In this document: positions 37,787 through 47,384 of the stretch, piece by piece
How the letters are laid out: each line of letters begins with the position of its first letter
Position numbering within the stretch: the first letter of the stretch is position 1
Source of the DNA: Pseudomonadota bacterium
GTDB lineage: Bacteria; Myxococcota_A; UBA9160; SZUA-336
Direction: 5' to 3'
NCBI GenBank assembly: GCA_003247575.1
Contig: QJZC01000011.1
Coordinates: forward strand, 87,874-151,873
DNA length: 64,000 bases
Notes under the pieces: model-generated
Seen by the model: the letters and a program-made list of their open reading frames with translations, nothing else
What the model was told of the DNA's origin: nothing
Databases searched by the model: none
Translations under genes and position numbers: made by a program

Positions 37787-38554
37787 ATGAGCGAGTTCTT
37801 CACGCCCGAGAACGCGATCGCCCTGCTCACCCTGACGGGGCTCGAGATCGTCCTCGGAATCGACAACATTGTCTTCATCTCGATACTGACGCAGCGACTT
37901 CCTCGCGAGCAGCAGCAGACGGCGCGCACGCTCGGCCTCTGGCTGGCGATGTTCATGCGCATCGGACTCGTTCTCGCGATCGGCTGGGTCGTCGGTCTGG
38001 TGGAGCCCCTGTTCGTGGTCCTCGGTCGCGAGGTCTCCGGGCGCGACCTCATCCTGATCGGCGGCGGGCTCTTCCTCGTAGCCAAAGCGACGTACGAGAT
38101 TCACGACAAGCTCGAGGGTGCGGAGCATCCAGATGGCGCGGCCGCGGCGACGGCAACCTTCGTCAACACCGTCACGCAGATCGTACTGCTCGATGCCGTA
38201 TTCAGCCTCGACTCCGTGATCACCGCCGTTGGAATGGTCGAGGAGATCGCGATCATGATCGCGGCGGTGGTGGTCGCCGTCGGTGTGATGATTCTTGCTT
38301 CGGGAGCCATCAGTCGCTTCATCGAGCGGCGGCCGACGATGAAGATTCTGGCGCTATCGTTCCTGATCTTGATCGGTGTGGTGTTGGTCGTCGAGGGCTT
38401 CGGCGGACACGTGGCCAAGGGATACATCTACTTTGCTATGGGATTCTCTCTGTCGGTCGAGCTCATCAACCAGAGGATCCGGAAGCACGGGCCGCCCCCC
38501 TCTCCTGTCCATCTGCGTGGGACCGGCGCGAGGGCGCTCCCGCTCGACGGCTGA
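37787..38554 (+). CDS. TerC-family integral membrane protein
   Basis: MSEFFTPENAIALLTLTGLEIVLGIDNIVFISIL...LLDAVFSLDSVITAVGM...FLILIGVVLVVEG is a typical TerC duplicated motif. Track ORF starts at 37763. Confidence 0.85.
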   Translation: MSEFFTPENAIALLTLTGLEIVLGIDNIVFISILTQRLPREQQQTARTLGLWLAMFMRIGLVLAIGWVVGLVEPLFVVLGREVSGRDLILIGGGLFLVAKATYEIHDKLEGAEHPDGAAAATATFVNTVTQIVLLDAVFSLDSVITAVGMVEEIAIMIAAVVVAVGVMILASGAISRFIERRPTMKILALSFLILIGVVLVVEGFGGHVAKGYIYFAMGFSLSVELINQRIRKHGPPPSPVHLRGTGARALPLDG

Positions 38555-38565
38555 GACGAGCTCCC

Positions 38566-39258
38566 TCACGAAGGCTCGAGACAGCGACGCTCGAGTAGCG
38601 CGAGGGCCGCCGCGAATGCTCGCGGCGCGCGCTCGGTGCAGGCGACCGCACGGATCTGCTCCCACCATGGGGGGGCTGCTTCGACTGTGTCCGACAGTAG
38701 CAGCCGAGCGGAAGCGCGGGCGAAGTCGGCCGCGTAGTCGACCGGACGCAAGTCCGTCTCGCAGTAGTAGACCCACGGATCGGTCAGCCGGGAGTAACTC
38801 GCGGACTGGACGCCCTGTGCAGCTTGGAACTGCTCGAGCGACGCCGGAGCGCGCCCGAAGTCGGGAACGGCTCCACCCCCGTGAAGACCTCGTCCCGCAA
38901 GCAGCAACGTGCAGGAGATGTGCTCCGGACGAGCCCCCGAGAGAAGCAGCGCGACATAGGCTCCCGCCCCGCTGCCCACCAGCGCGATGCGGTCGCCGAT
39001 CTCGCGAAGTGCCAGGTCGGCATCCGCGACCCAGAGCTCGGGGTAGTAGCCACCTCCGGTGATGTGTCCCGACCTTCCATGACCCGAGAAGTCGAGCGCA
39101 TACACGGCACCGCCCCAGCTCCGCCAGTCGTTGGGCCACTCCGCTGCGTGGCTTCCGAGCGCATGCAAGAGCAGCAGCGGCAGTGGGGCAGCGCCGGAGG
39201 ACTCGCGCTTGAGCTCGTGAAGTTCGAGTGCTACGCGCCCATGACGCAGCTCGGTCAC
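38566..39258 (-). CDS. Alpha/beta hydrolase fold protein
   Basis: LLLLHALGSHAAEW...ALDFSGHGRSG...IALVGSGAGAYVALLLS. The GTG start overlaps the upstream stop (GTGA at 39255-39258). The upstream part of the 597-aa track ORF is antisense to the next gene. Confidence 0.7.
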   Translation of the reverse strand: MTELRHGRVALELHELKRESSGAAPLPLLLLHALGSHAAEWPNDWRSWGGAVYALDFSGHGRSGHITGGGYYPELWVADADLALREIGDRIALVGSGAGAYVALLLSGARPEHISCTLLLAGRGLHGGGAVPDFGRAPASLEQFQAAQGVQSASYSRLTDPWVYYCETDLRPVDYAADFARASARLLLSDTVEAAPPWWEQIRAVACTERAPRAFAAALALLERRCLEPS

Positions 39259-40214
39259 GAGCGCTCGAGGAAGTCGAGCATCAAACGGGCCGTTTCGCGC
39301 GGCTGTTCGATGTGCACGAAGTGGCCGGCTCCCTCGACTTGGGCACGCTCCAGATTCGGGACGTACGAGAGCCGTTGCTCGAGAAGCGCTTCGGGAAGTG
39401 GCCCCCAGGTATCGAGCTCCGAGCCTACGATCGCGAGCATCGGAGCGGACAGCTGTTGCCACCCCGGGGCGATCCACTCGGGCTTGAACGGGCCGAAGCC
39501 TCCAGCCGCACACAGCGGATCCACCTTCCAACGCCAGCCATCGCTGCTGCGGGTCGCGCCGTGGTAGCTGAAATAGCGCAACCATGCGGACGACAGCCTC
39601 GGGTTCTGCTGCTGGCGGCGTTCGACGAGTTCGTCCAAGGTCGCGTACGCACGCCAGCGATCGCGCGAGCCCGCAGTTCGGCGTCGATCGAGATACTGGG
39701 CGCAATGCTCTGCATGACTCAGAGTCTCGGTCGCGGGCGCGCCAGGGCGGGGAAAGCCACGTGCATCCGGAGGACCGAATCCGTCGATGTTTACGATCTG
39801 GCGGACCCGGTCGGACGCACGCACCGCCGCCTCGGTCGCCTGACCTCCCCCCTTGCTGTGGCCGATCACGTGCGCTTTGCGGTCGAGTTCGCGCAATACG
39901 TTGCAGAGGTCGAAAACATCCGCCAGCCAGGGGTAGCTGGCTGCCCAGCCAGAGTCTCCGTGTCCTCGTGCGTCTACTGAGATGACACGAAAGTAGCGTG
40001 CGAGCTCTCCGGCGATGAGGTCGAAGCTCCGCGCGTGATCGAACATCCCGTGGGCCATCACGACGGGGAACGCTTCTGGATCTCCCCACTCGTGCAGCCG
40101 CAGCCGAATTCCGTTCGAAAGCAAGGTGCGATGACGCTCCGGCGCTACACATCCTGGGTAGGACTCGCAAGGGGCTGCCGGAGGAGCGGAGGACATGATC
40201 GAGCAAAGTACCAC
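39255..40214 (-). CDS. Alpha/beta hydrolase
   Basis: VVMAHGMFDHARSF, VISVDARGHGDSG, nucleophile elbow VIGHSKGG, and C-terminal GAGHFVHIEQP. Confidence 0.8.
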   Translation of the reverse strand: MVLCSIMSSAPPAAPCESYPGCVAPERHRTLLSNGIRLRLHEWGDPEAFPVVMAHGMFDHARSFDLIAGELARYFRVISVDARGHGDSGWAASYPWLADVFDLCNVLRELDRKAHVIGHSKGGGQATEAAVRASDRVRQIVNIDGFGPPDARGFPRPGAPATETLSHAEHCAQYLDRRRTAGSRDRWRAYATLDELVERRQQQNPRLSSAWLRYFSYHGATRSSDGWRWKVDPLCAAGGFGPFKPEWIAPGWQQLSAPMLAIVGSELDTWGPLPEALLEQRLSYVPNLERAQVEGAGHFVHIEQPRETARLMLDFLERS

Positions 40215-40309
40215 AATGGCACCACTCGGCTCTCGCGGCGACGGCGAGTCCGAGCAGCTGAGCGAGCGATGAGGGCGGCGGTCCGTGCGACTGGATTTCG
40301 AACCGGGGC

Positions 40310-41575
40310 TCAGTGCTCGTCGTCAGCGGACAGCTCGTCCTCGTCGGGCTGAATTCCAATCAGGTCCAGGAGCTCCTCGTACAGATCCTCTTCCGGTGCG
40401 GGCTCGAGTGCGAGACCCGCGTCCGAGGTCATTCCGATCCGGAACAGATCCAGTGGGCGGGTCGAGGCGAGGACACGGTGGGTCGGCTCGCTGCGCTGGG
40501 TCGAGAGCTCTCGGAGTCCCTGGTCGATCCCGCGAATCGCCTTCCGCAGGGCTTTGGGCAAGCTTTCGGGGGCCGAGAGGTCCAGCTGGTCCGCGATTGC
40601 GATGGTATTCGCCACCGCCAGCACGTTGCCGAGCACGTCTCCGGCGAGCTCGGGCTCGAGCTCACGCAGCGCCCGCGCGACCAGGCTCCCCCGGACTGCC
40701 CGCGGAAGGCTCGAGAGGGGTGGCTGGACACGATCGGGGCGTCCAGCACCTGCCCCGACTTCGAGTGTCTGGGCTTGCTCTACCGCGAGTGGCCGGTACG
40801 CCTCCATCGCCTGGTCGCGTTCCGGAAACCCGAGATCGGCCATGCGACCGTCTCGCCAGCGAAGCGCGTAGTCGGCGGTTTCGTAGGGGTCCTCGTAGGT
40901 GACTCCGTGTATGAGCTGCCAGTAGCGCTTGGGACTCTCGGAGATCAGTACACAAAAGATGTGCCGAATTCGCTCACGATCTCCGACTGCACGCGGGCGG
41001 TAGAAGACGACCCCGTCCTCCGTGTAGTGACCGTAGGGCTCGACCATGGGATCTGCGACGACGATGTCTGCCATGTCGCGCAGTGCGAGGACCCACGTCT
41101 CGGTGTCGAACTCGTGCAATGATCGGAGCAGCGCATCGCCTCCTGCAAGGATGAGCGCATCCGTCCACTCGCGGAACTTGCGTAGCTGAAGCTCCGATCG
41201 GCTCCAGCAGTCGATGTCGATGCACGCCACTCTTTGCTCAGGCGTCGAGTGTGCCAGCAGCCAGGCGGCATCTTCGAAGCCGGTCGCTCGAATCGTCTGG
41301 AGCAGTTCGACTTCGGGCATTCGGAGCACGACCTCTTCCGGCTCCTCCAAGAGATCCATCAGCACACCGCGCTGGTGTGGGCGCAGTTGAAGGCACGCGA
41401 CGGCGCGCTTGGTCGGTGACAGTGCGTTCAAGAGCGAGCGCGCTGTGCTTGGCTCATGCTCGGCGAGCCGTAAGAGCTCGGGACCACTCGCTCTGTCTGT
41501 CGCACCGTCAATCGTTCCATGGATCGACCCGTGCGCTCGCGTGACCGTCGCCTTCCGTTCGACTGATTCGGTCAT
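40310..41575 (-). CDS. Conserved hypothetical acidic helical-repeat protein (possibly DUF6178-like)
   Basis: Start at MTESVERK (41575). Helical repeat segments and an acidic tail EEDLYEELLDLIGIQPDEDELSADDEH. The family assignment is only a recollection. Confidence 0.65.
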   Translation of the reverse strand: MTESVERKATVTRAHGSIHGTIDGATDRASGPELLRLAEHEPSTARSLLNALSPTKRAVACLQLRPHQRGVLMDLLEEPEEVVLRMPEVELLQTIRATGFEDAAWLLAHSTPEQRVACIDIDCWSRSELQLRKFREWTDALILAGGDALLRSLHEFDTETWVLALRDMADIVVADPMVEPYGHYTEDGVVFYRPRAVGDRERIRHIFCVLISESPKRYWQLIHGVTYEDPYETADYALRWRDGRMADLGFPERDQAMEAYRPLAVEQAQTLEVGAGAGRPDRVQPPLSSLPRAVRGSLVARALRELEPELAGDVLGNVLAVANTIAIADQLDLSAPESLPKALRKAIRGIDQGLRELSTQRSEPTHRVLASTRPLDLFRIGMTSDAGLALEPAPEEDLYEELLDLIGIQPDEDELSADDEH

Positions 41576-41731
41576 GTCGTCGCGCTCCAGACCCTGTGGT
41601 CGGGCAGAATACACTGGCCATGGGATGCCCGAGTAGAATAATTTGGAGCCGCATGCGTCCGGCACGAGATCTCATCCGTAGCAGCTGCGCACCGCCACCG
41701 ACACCGCCACCGACAAGCGAGGGAGCTCCAC

Positions 41732-42610
41732 ATGTGCGACGAGTTTACCGTCCAAGACAACGAAGAATACCTGAAGAACGCCGAGGGGCTCACGCGACGT
41801 GAGTTCGGCGCGCTCGCAGCTGGGGTGGGACTCTCGATCGTGCTGCCTCGAGCAGCGAATGCGCTTGCGGTGGTCGAATCCGACGTGGAGATCAGCACGC
41901 CGGACGGAACGGCCGACTGCTATTTCGTGCACCCCAGCGAGGGACGCCATCCTGGGGTGATCGTGTGGCCGGACATTTTGGGCCTGCGGCCTGCATTCCG
42001 CATGATGGGGAAGCGCCTCGCCGAGTCCGGGTACTCCGTGCTCGTCGTCAACCCTTTCTATCGGGGCGCAAAGGCCCCCATCATCGAGGAGGGGCAGAGC
42101 TTCCAGGACCCCAAGGTGCGGGAGAAGATCGGTCCGCTCTATCGTCAGCTCGGCCCGGACACGCATGCCACGGATGCCAAGGCTTTCGTGAGCTGGATCG
42201 ATCTGCAGTCGCCGGTGGATACGTCCCGCAAGATCGGCACCACTGGGTACTGCATGGGTGGCCCCATCGTCATGCGAACAGCGGCGACGGTGCCGGAGCG
42301 CGTCGGTGGTGCGGCGACATTCCACGGAGGAGGACTCGTGACCGACGACGAGAACAGCCCGCATCAGCTGATTCCGAAGATGAAAGCGAGCTTCCTGATC
42401 GCGATCGCTGCCAACGACGACGAGAGGCAGCCCGATGCGAAGACGGTACTCAAGGAGAGCTACGACAAGGCTGGACTCGCTGCCGAGATCGAGGTCTACG
42501 CAGGTGCGATGCACGGCTGGTGTCCGCCCGACTCGAGGGTATACAACGAAGCTCAGGCCGAGAAGGCGTGGGGACGGCTGTTGGAACTCTTCGGCAAGGC
42601 GCTCGCCTAG
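41732..42610 (+). CDS. Dienelactone hydrolase family protein with twin-arginine (Tat) signal
   Basis: LTRREFGALAAGVGLSIVLPRAANA is a Tat signal. DLH-like core: GVIVWPDILGLRP, GYSVLVVNPFYR, nucleophile GTTGYCMGG, and C-terminal GAMHGW. Confidence 0.8.
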   Translation: MCDEFTVQDNEEYLKNAEGLTRREFGALAAGVGLSIVLPRAANALAVVESDVEISTPDGTADCYFVHPSEGRHPGVIVWPDILGLRPAFRMMGKRLAESGYSVLVVNPFYRGAKAPIIEEGQSFQDPKVREKIGPLYRQLGPDTHATDAKAFVSWIDLQSPVDTSRKIGTTGYCMGGPIVMRTAATVPERVGGAATFHGGGLVTDDENSPHQLIPKMKASFLIAIAANDDERQPDAKTVLKESYDKAGLAAEIEVYAGAMHGWCPPDSRVYNEAQAEKAWGRLLELFGKALA

Positions 42611-42682
42611 CCCTGCGAGACACGACCGGCGCGGCGGGCTGGAGTGCTGCCTTCTCGAGCGCAGGCTCGGGAAGGGCGCGCT

Positions 42683-44464
42683 CTACTGCGTCTTCAGGAA
42701 TTCGATCAATGCCCAACGCTCGCGATCTGCCAGGCCGCGCCCGACTCTGCCCTCGCCTACGGGGCCGTCGGAAAACTCGTGCCCTGCGTTCGAGTTGCCG
42801 GGCTGGGTCGTATCGAGTTCGAAACCTCCGTCGATCGCGCGGGTGACATAGCCGACGCGAGCCGGGTCGAATTCGATGCTCCCGAGCCAGAAGCGCACGG
42901 GACGCTCGTTTACCGGAAGCAGAAGTGAGTACAGGTCCGGGATCGACCCATTGTGCAGGTACGGGGGCGTAGCCCAGATCCCGTTGAGCGGGCGAGCCTT
43001 GTACTGAAGGGGTGCTCGAATGTCGTTGGGCCGGTAACCGTTCATGCGCACGCGATCGGATTCCGAGATTTCGTTCTCGTCATACCAGCGTTCGACGACT
43101 CTCTCGGTGACGTCCGCGAGTGCAGGCGCAAAGGCGACGATGCGTGCGGGTGCTGCGACGTCCGGGGTGGTGGAGTCCTTGGCTGACCCGAGTCGTGCGA
43201 GGTCCACCTCTCGCGAGCGCATGAGCTGCGCATGCCGAGGGTCGGTGCCCACGGCTTCGAGATCGACCATTCGAACACGCAGATACTGGCGCCCGTAGTC
43301 ATCGGGCGAGGTGAAGTACGGCTCGCGGAGTTCTCGCATCTCCTGGCTATCGACGGGCGGTAGGTGGCAGGACTGACATAGTTCTGTGTATAGTTTTCTG
43401 CCCTCCTGTGCGAGTTCGCGGTCGATGGAGCCGAGCACCTCCTCCGGCCATCCGGGTGCGCGCAGGCCCTGCCAGGGACTGGAGCCCGCGAGTTGCTCCT
43501 CGAGTGCGTACAGGTTCTCGACACGGACGTTCGAGCGATAGAGCTCACTCTCGGGGCCGACGAGATTGACCAACGCCGTGACGCCCAAGGCTTCGCCGCT
43601 GTTCCTGACCATGGGTTGCCGGATCGATCCGTTGTACTGAACCCAGTCGAACCACGCCGCGTCCCAGACGTGGGGATAGGCAACCGGAGCCCTCAGCGGT
43701 CGGTAGTTCCTGGCGTCGAAACGCCGAGCGAACACGGTATTGGCGATCCGTCCGATCGCGTCGAGTCGCCCGAATCCTTCGGCCACGGAGTCCTCCGTGC
43801 GTACGCCCGCCTCCTCGCGCGCCGTTCTCGAGTCCGAGAGTAGCTGGCTCAGGGCACCCGACAGCGCCTCTCGGTCGCTCGCAGCCGCCTCGGCCCCCAG
43901 TACGCGAGCGGAGAAGCGAGCGAGACGCCCTGGAACGTAGTAGGTGTAGGCGAGCGCTAGTCCGAGTGAGGCGCGGAACTTCCCAGTGTCGATCATCGCT
44001 GCGCCCCCCTCGATGATCATGCTGGCTCCGCGATAGGTGATTCGTCCGGTGTGGCAGGCCGCGCAGGTGAAGCCGACGATGTCCCTAGTCTCGCCCGAAA
44101 TCGGATCGACGGCCTCGGGGTCACGTGCGAATCCGATCGGGAGTCCATCCGGATTCTGCGGGCTGGTGGGGCTTGGGATGAAGCCGAACCGGGAGAGGTA
44201 CTCGGGCTCGATGAAGAGCGGAACTTCGGAAAGCGAGAGACGCGGCTGCTCGAGGGAGATGAGCCATGTGTACGGAATTCCGAAGGTCGATGTTCCCTGT
44301 GTAAGATGGTGGAAGCGTGCGGCCTGATCTGGCGTCCACGCTTGGTCGAGGGTGATGCTGCGCTCCGCGGATGGCGGAGGCGGAACTTCCGGCGCCAGGA
44401 GCCCACATCCGGCAGTGCTCCACAGAAGTGCGAAACTCAGCAACCGTACGGCGGATGCGGACAC
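42683..44464 (-). CDS. Di-haem cytochrome c lipoprotein (di-haem CCP-like family, distinct from paralogues A-C)
   Basis: Lipobox LLWSTAGC. CxxCH encoded at 44051-44065 (CAACH) and 43364-43378 (CQSCH). Also WATPPYLHNGSIPDLYSLLLP...RPVRFWLGS. Confidence 0.8.
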   Translation of the reverse strand: MSASAVRLLSFALLWSTAGCGLLAPEVPPPPSAERSITLDQAWTPDQAARFHHLTQGTSTFGIPYTWLISLEQPRLSLSEVPLFIEPEYLSRFGFIPSPTSPQNPDGLPIGFARDPEAVDPISGETRDIVGFTCAACHTGRITYRGASMIIEGGAAMIDTGKFRASLGLALAYTYYVPGRLARFSARVLGAEAAASDREALSGALSQLLSDSRTAREEAGVRTEDSVAEGFGRLDAIGRIANTVFARRFDARNYRPLRAPVAYPHVWDAAWFDWVQYNGSIRQPMVRNSGEALGVTALVNLVGPESELYRSNVRVENLYALEEQLAGSSPWQGLRAPGWPEEVLGSIDRELAQEGRKLYTELCQSCHLPPVDSQEMRELREPYFTSPDDYGRQYLRVRMVDLEAVGTDPRHAQLMRSREVDLARLGSAKDSTTPDVAAPARIVAFAPALADVTERVVERWYDENEISESDRVRMNGYRPNDIRAPLQYKARPLNGIWATPPYLHNGSIPDLYSLLLPVNERPVRFWLGSIEFDPARVGYVTRAIDGGFELDTTQPGNSNAGHEFSDGPVGEGRVGRGLADRERWALIEFLKTQ

Positions 44465-44545
44465 TCGACCTCCTTACGTTTTCAGGCGCGGGTACCTGCC
44501 ACGCACCACGAGGCACGTCGCGCCTCGCACTCGTCTCAGCTGAGC

Positions 44546-46078
44546 CTAGGACAGCAAGCGGTGGGCGCCCAGGACGCTCTCGCGGATCGGCACACCGAAT
44601 GGACAAGCCCCGTTGCAGGGAGCGCTGCAGCTCGTACACACGTCGCCTCTAGGTGAGAGTTCAGAGTAGAGCCGCATCGCTTCCTTTTGTTCTCCGTAAT
44701 CCTCGAAGTACATGCGGTGGCGGAGAACGTCGTGGATCTGGAGCTGCTCGGGGCAGGCGGACAGACACTCGCCACAGTGCTGGAAGCAATGCTTCCCCGC
44801 GATCGCGCGATCGTACTTCTCGAGCAGAGCCGTGTCGCCTGCCAACGGGGTCTGGCCCGAGGCGGCCAGGTACTCGTCCACGTGCTCTGGCTTGCGAAAC
44901 GAGATGACCAGGGAGGAGACTTTGGGGTTGCTGAGAACCCAGCGAAACGCGGCCTGGGGGTAGGAGCGACGCTCCGCCTGTGCGAGCTCGAGCAAGCCCT
45001 CGTGTCGCGCGCCCTTGAGCGTCTTCATCGCAACGATCCCGATGTCCAACGCGGCGGCGCGATCGATGATCTGGGTCAGTCGCGGCCATGCGCCGTAGTG
45101 GTACGCCAGCATCATGACGTCGAAGCGCTCGCTGTCGAGGGCCGCAGTGGCCACCTCCTCCAACCTCGGGGTATGCGTGGACACCCCGAGGAAGCGTGCC
45201 TTGCCCTGCTCTCGCAGCCGGTCGAATGCTTCGTGGACGTTCTCATCGAGAAGCCTGTCTACGGAGTTGCATGAATGGATGTGGACCAGGTCCACGTGAT
45301 CGGTTTGAAGGCGTTTCAGGCTCGCTTCGACGACGGCCATGTACTCGGCCACCTTTGAGCCCGCGGGCAGATGCCCACGTGGAGTACAGAACTTCGTGGC
45401 CAAAAACACCTGGTCACGGCGTCCGCGCATCGCACGACCGAGTGCGGTCTCGGATCCCGAAGCCGAGTAGTCGGGAGCCGTATCGAAGTAGTTCACTCCG
45501 CGGTCGAGCGCCGCGCGCGCGAGCTCCTCCCCGCCGCTCTCGGGCCGGATTGCGGCCGAGCCGAGTGAGATGTCGGAGACCTCCACGTTGGTCCGGCCGA
45601 GTCGGCGGTAGCTGCGGATCCGCGCGTCCTTCCATTGCGGACTCTGGGTCGGACTATCGAGCGGAGTTCTGGCTCCGAGCGCGGAGCCCGTGCGCACGAG
45701 CCAGCCGAGGTTGCTGCCTGCGACTGCCGCTGCAGCACCGACGGCGCCGCCGGCGGTGGTTCCCGCGACTCGAATCAGGAACCGCCGTCGATCGAGCTCT
45801 GTCCCGTCGGCCGTCGGCGACGAGCGTCGTGAGCGAGCGAGCGCCCATCTGCGGGTCAGCAGGAACGCAGACAGCAGCGCCATCGCGGTGGCGCCGACCG
45901 GGAGCAACACCTGAGGCGCGGATGCGAGCACGCCTTCCATGCGGGCGCCGATCATCGGGCCGACCCAAAGATACGCCAGCGCGAGGGTCGCGATCCACGC
46001 GGCGAGTGCTGCGAATCCGGAAGGGGCGCCGGGGCTGCCCTCGGAACCAGGAGACTGGTCGGGGTGTACCTCGCTCAT
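44546..46078 (-). CDS. Aldo/keto reductase with C-terminal 2x[4Fe-4S]-type Cys clusters and N-terminal TM + Tat-like region
   Basis: AKR core: RRLGRTNVEVSDISLGS, GVNYFDTAPDYSASGSE. C-terminal CFQHCGECLSACP and CTSCSAPCNGACP. DRRRFLIRVAGTTAGGAVGAAAAVAG is preceded by two hydrophobic helices. ATG at 46078 follows GAGGAGG. Confidence 0.8.
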   Translation of the reverse strand: MSEVHPDQSPGSEGSPGAPSGFAALAAWIATLALAYLWVGPMIGARMEGVLASAPQVLLPVGATAMALLSAFLLTRRWALARSRRSSPTADGTELDRRRFLIRVAGTTAGGAVGAAAAVAGSNLGWLVRTGSALGARTPLDSPTQSPQWKDARIRSYRRLGRTNVEVSDISLGSAAIRPESGGEELARAALDRGVNYFDTAPDYSASGSETALGRAMRGRRDQVFLATKFCTPRGHLPAGSKVAEYMAVVEASLKRLQTDHVDLVHIHSCNSVDRLLDENVHEAFDRLREQGKARFLGVSTHTPRLEEVATAALDSERFDVMMLAYHYGAWPRLTQIIDRAAALDIGIVAMKTLKGARHEGLLELAQAERRSYPQAAFRWVLSNPKVSSLVISFRKPEHVDEYLAASGQTPLAGDTALLEKYDRAIAGKHCFQHCGECLSACPEQLQIHDVLRHRMYFEDYGEQKEAMRLYSELSPRGDVCTSCSAPCNGACPFGVPIRESVLGAHRLLS

Positions 46079-46224
46079 GCCGGACCTCCTCGTGCCGTGG
46101 TCGCGCTCGATCGACGTCTTGCGCGCTACACTACCACCCGACGGCCCGGGCATGGTGGCCGAGTGCTGGGCCGTGGCCAAGGTGACGACCGAGGGCGCTG
46201 CTCGCCGTGGAACGCGCGAGGTTG

Positions 46225-46653
46225 CTAGATCGCGGGCACGATGGCGCTGAGCGGAATCGCGCGGAAGATGCGGCGAGCGCCCTCTAGAACGGTCTGTACC
46301 GCATTCGCGAGGGTCTCCCCGACGGATGCATCGTCATCCTTCGCGCAGGGATCCTTGGATTCGAGAGGTTGAGCAGGAGGAGGTGATGCCACCCGGTCGC
46401 GTTCGACCCCGACAGGGGTACGCTCCACGCCGAGTTGGGGCCGCGCGCCGATCAACCGATCCCGAATGCACTTGCTCCGCTCGTCGACTAGCGTGCGTTC
46501 GACACCGAGCTGACCCTGCACGATTCCCACTCCCCCGCGCGCGGGCGCTGGGGCGGTATCCGAGGACTGTGCGTCTACTTGTAGAGGAAGCAACACGGCC
46601 GAGGCGAGCAGGAGTGCGTTCAGATTCGCGGCCAGCGATCGGCGATGTCCCAT
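46225..46653 (-). CDS. Small secreted hypothetical protein (142 aa)
   Basis: Signal peptide LNALLLASAVLLPLQVDAQ. Internal repeat QLGVERT(L/P)V. Same direction as, and just upstream of, the AKR gene. No homology recognised. Confidence 0.45.
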   Translation of the reverse strand: MGHRRSLAANLNALLLASAVLLPLQVDAQSSDTAPAPARGGVGIVQGQLGVERTLVDERSKCIRDRLIGARPQLGVERTPVGVERDRVASPPPAQPLESKDPCAKDDDASVGETLANAVQTVLEGARRIFRAIPLSAIVPAI

Positions 46654-46914
46654 GCTCTCTCTTCGTCCGCGCTTAGCCGACGCCTGAGTGGCGCGGGTGG
46701 CGTGCTGTGACGCTCAGTGCCCTCGGAGCAGGTCCCGAGGAGCGAAGCGGGTCTCGTGACGGGCATTCAGAGGAATCGGAAGGTCGTGGGGGGGAGATGC
46801 TCATGGGAGAGTCCCCCGTGGTACGCTGCCTGCGGCCCTCGAGAGCCCGCGCCAGACCCGCACATTGGCTGGGTGCGCTCTCGGTCGAGGGTGAGGTCTT
46901 CAGGGAGGATCGAT

Positions 46915-47319
46915 GTGCTAAAGCTTGCCAAGGTTCTCGGGATCGTCGCGCTGGGCTATGTGCTGCTCGTCGTGGGGTTCGAATCGTTGATCGGCTACTT
47001 CCAACCGAGCGGGGAGACGACGCTCGTCATCTACACCGAGGACCCTGCCGGCGATGTCGCGCAGCGCGTGGTCGCGCGCCTGGACACGGAAGGTCAGCTG
47101 TACGTAGCGGCCAATCACTGGCCCCGGGGCTGGTATCGACGCGCGCTCGCGAATCCTTCCGTACGTGCGCTCGTCGACGGCGAGATGCGCGACTTCCTCG
47201 CGGTACCGATCCGCGATGACGAACACGACCGCGTCGAGTCTGCGCATCGACTTGGCTTCATCTTCCGAATTCTTACGGGATTTCCGCCTCGATACTTCTT
47301 GCGCCTCGACCCGCGCTGA
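46915..47319 (+). CDS. Membrane-anchored DUF385 / PNPOx-like (deazaflavin-dependent nitroreductase-like) family protein
   Basis: GTG at 46915 lies 5 nt after GGGAGGA. N-terminal TM helix, then TLVIYTEDPAGDVAQRVVARLDTEGQLYVAANHWPRGWYRRALANPSVRALVDG, which resembles the DUF385 pattern. Confidence 0.55.
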   Translation: MLKLAKVLGIVALGYVLLVVGFESLIGYFQPSGETTLVIYTEDPAGDVAQRVVARLDTEGQLYVAANHWPRGWYRRALANPSVRALVDGEMRDFLAVPIRDDEHDRVESAHRLGFIFRILTGFPPRYFLRLDPR

Positions 47320-47384
47320 GCCGTCCGACGCTAGGTCGTGAGCTCTCGCTCGGACGCAGCGGCTGCTGCGGGCGACTGATCGAA

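Noticed and set aside
39259-40359. Upstream two-thirds of the 597-aa minus-strand ORF 38566..40359
   Set aside because: It overlaps the well-supported alpha/beta hydrolase 39255..40214 in another frame and is Arg-rich. Only the last 230 codons, from the GTG at 39258, look like a real hydrolase.
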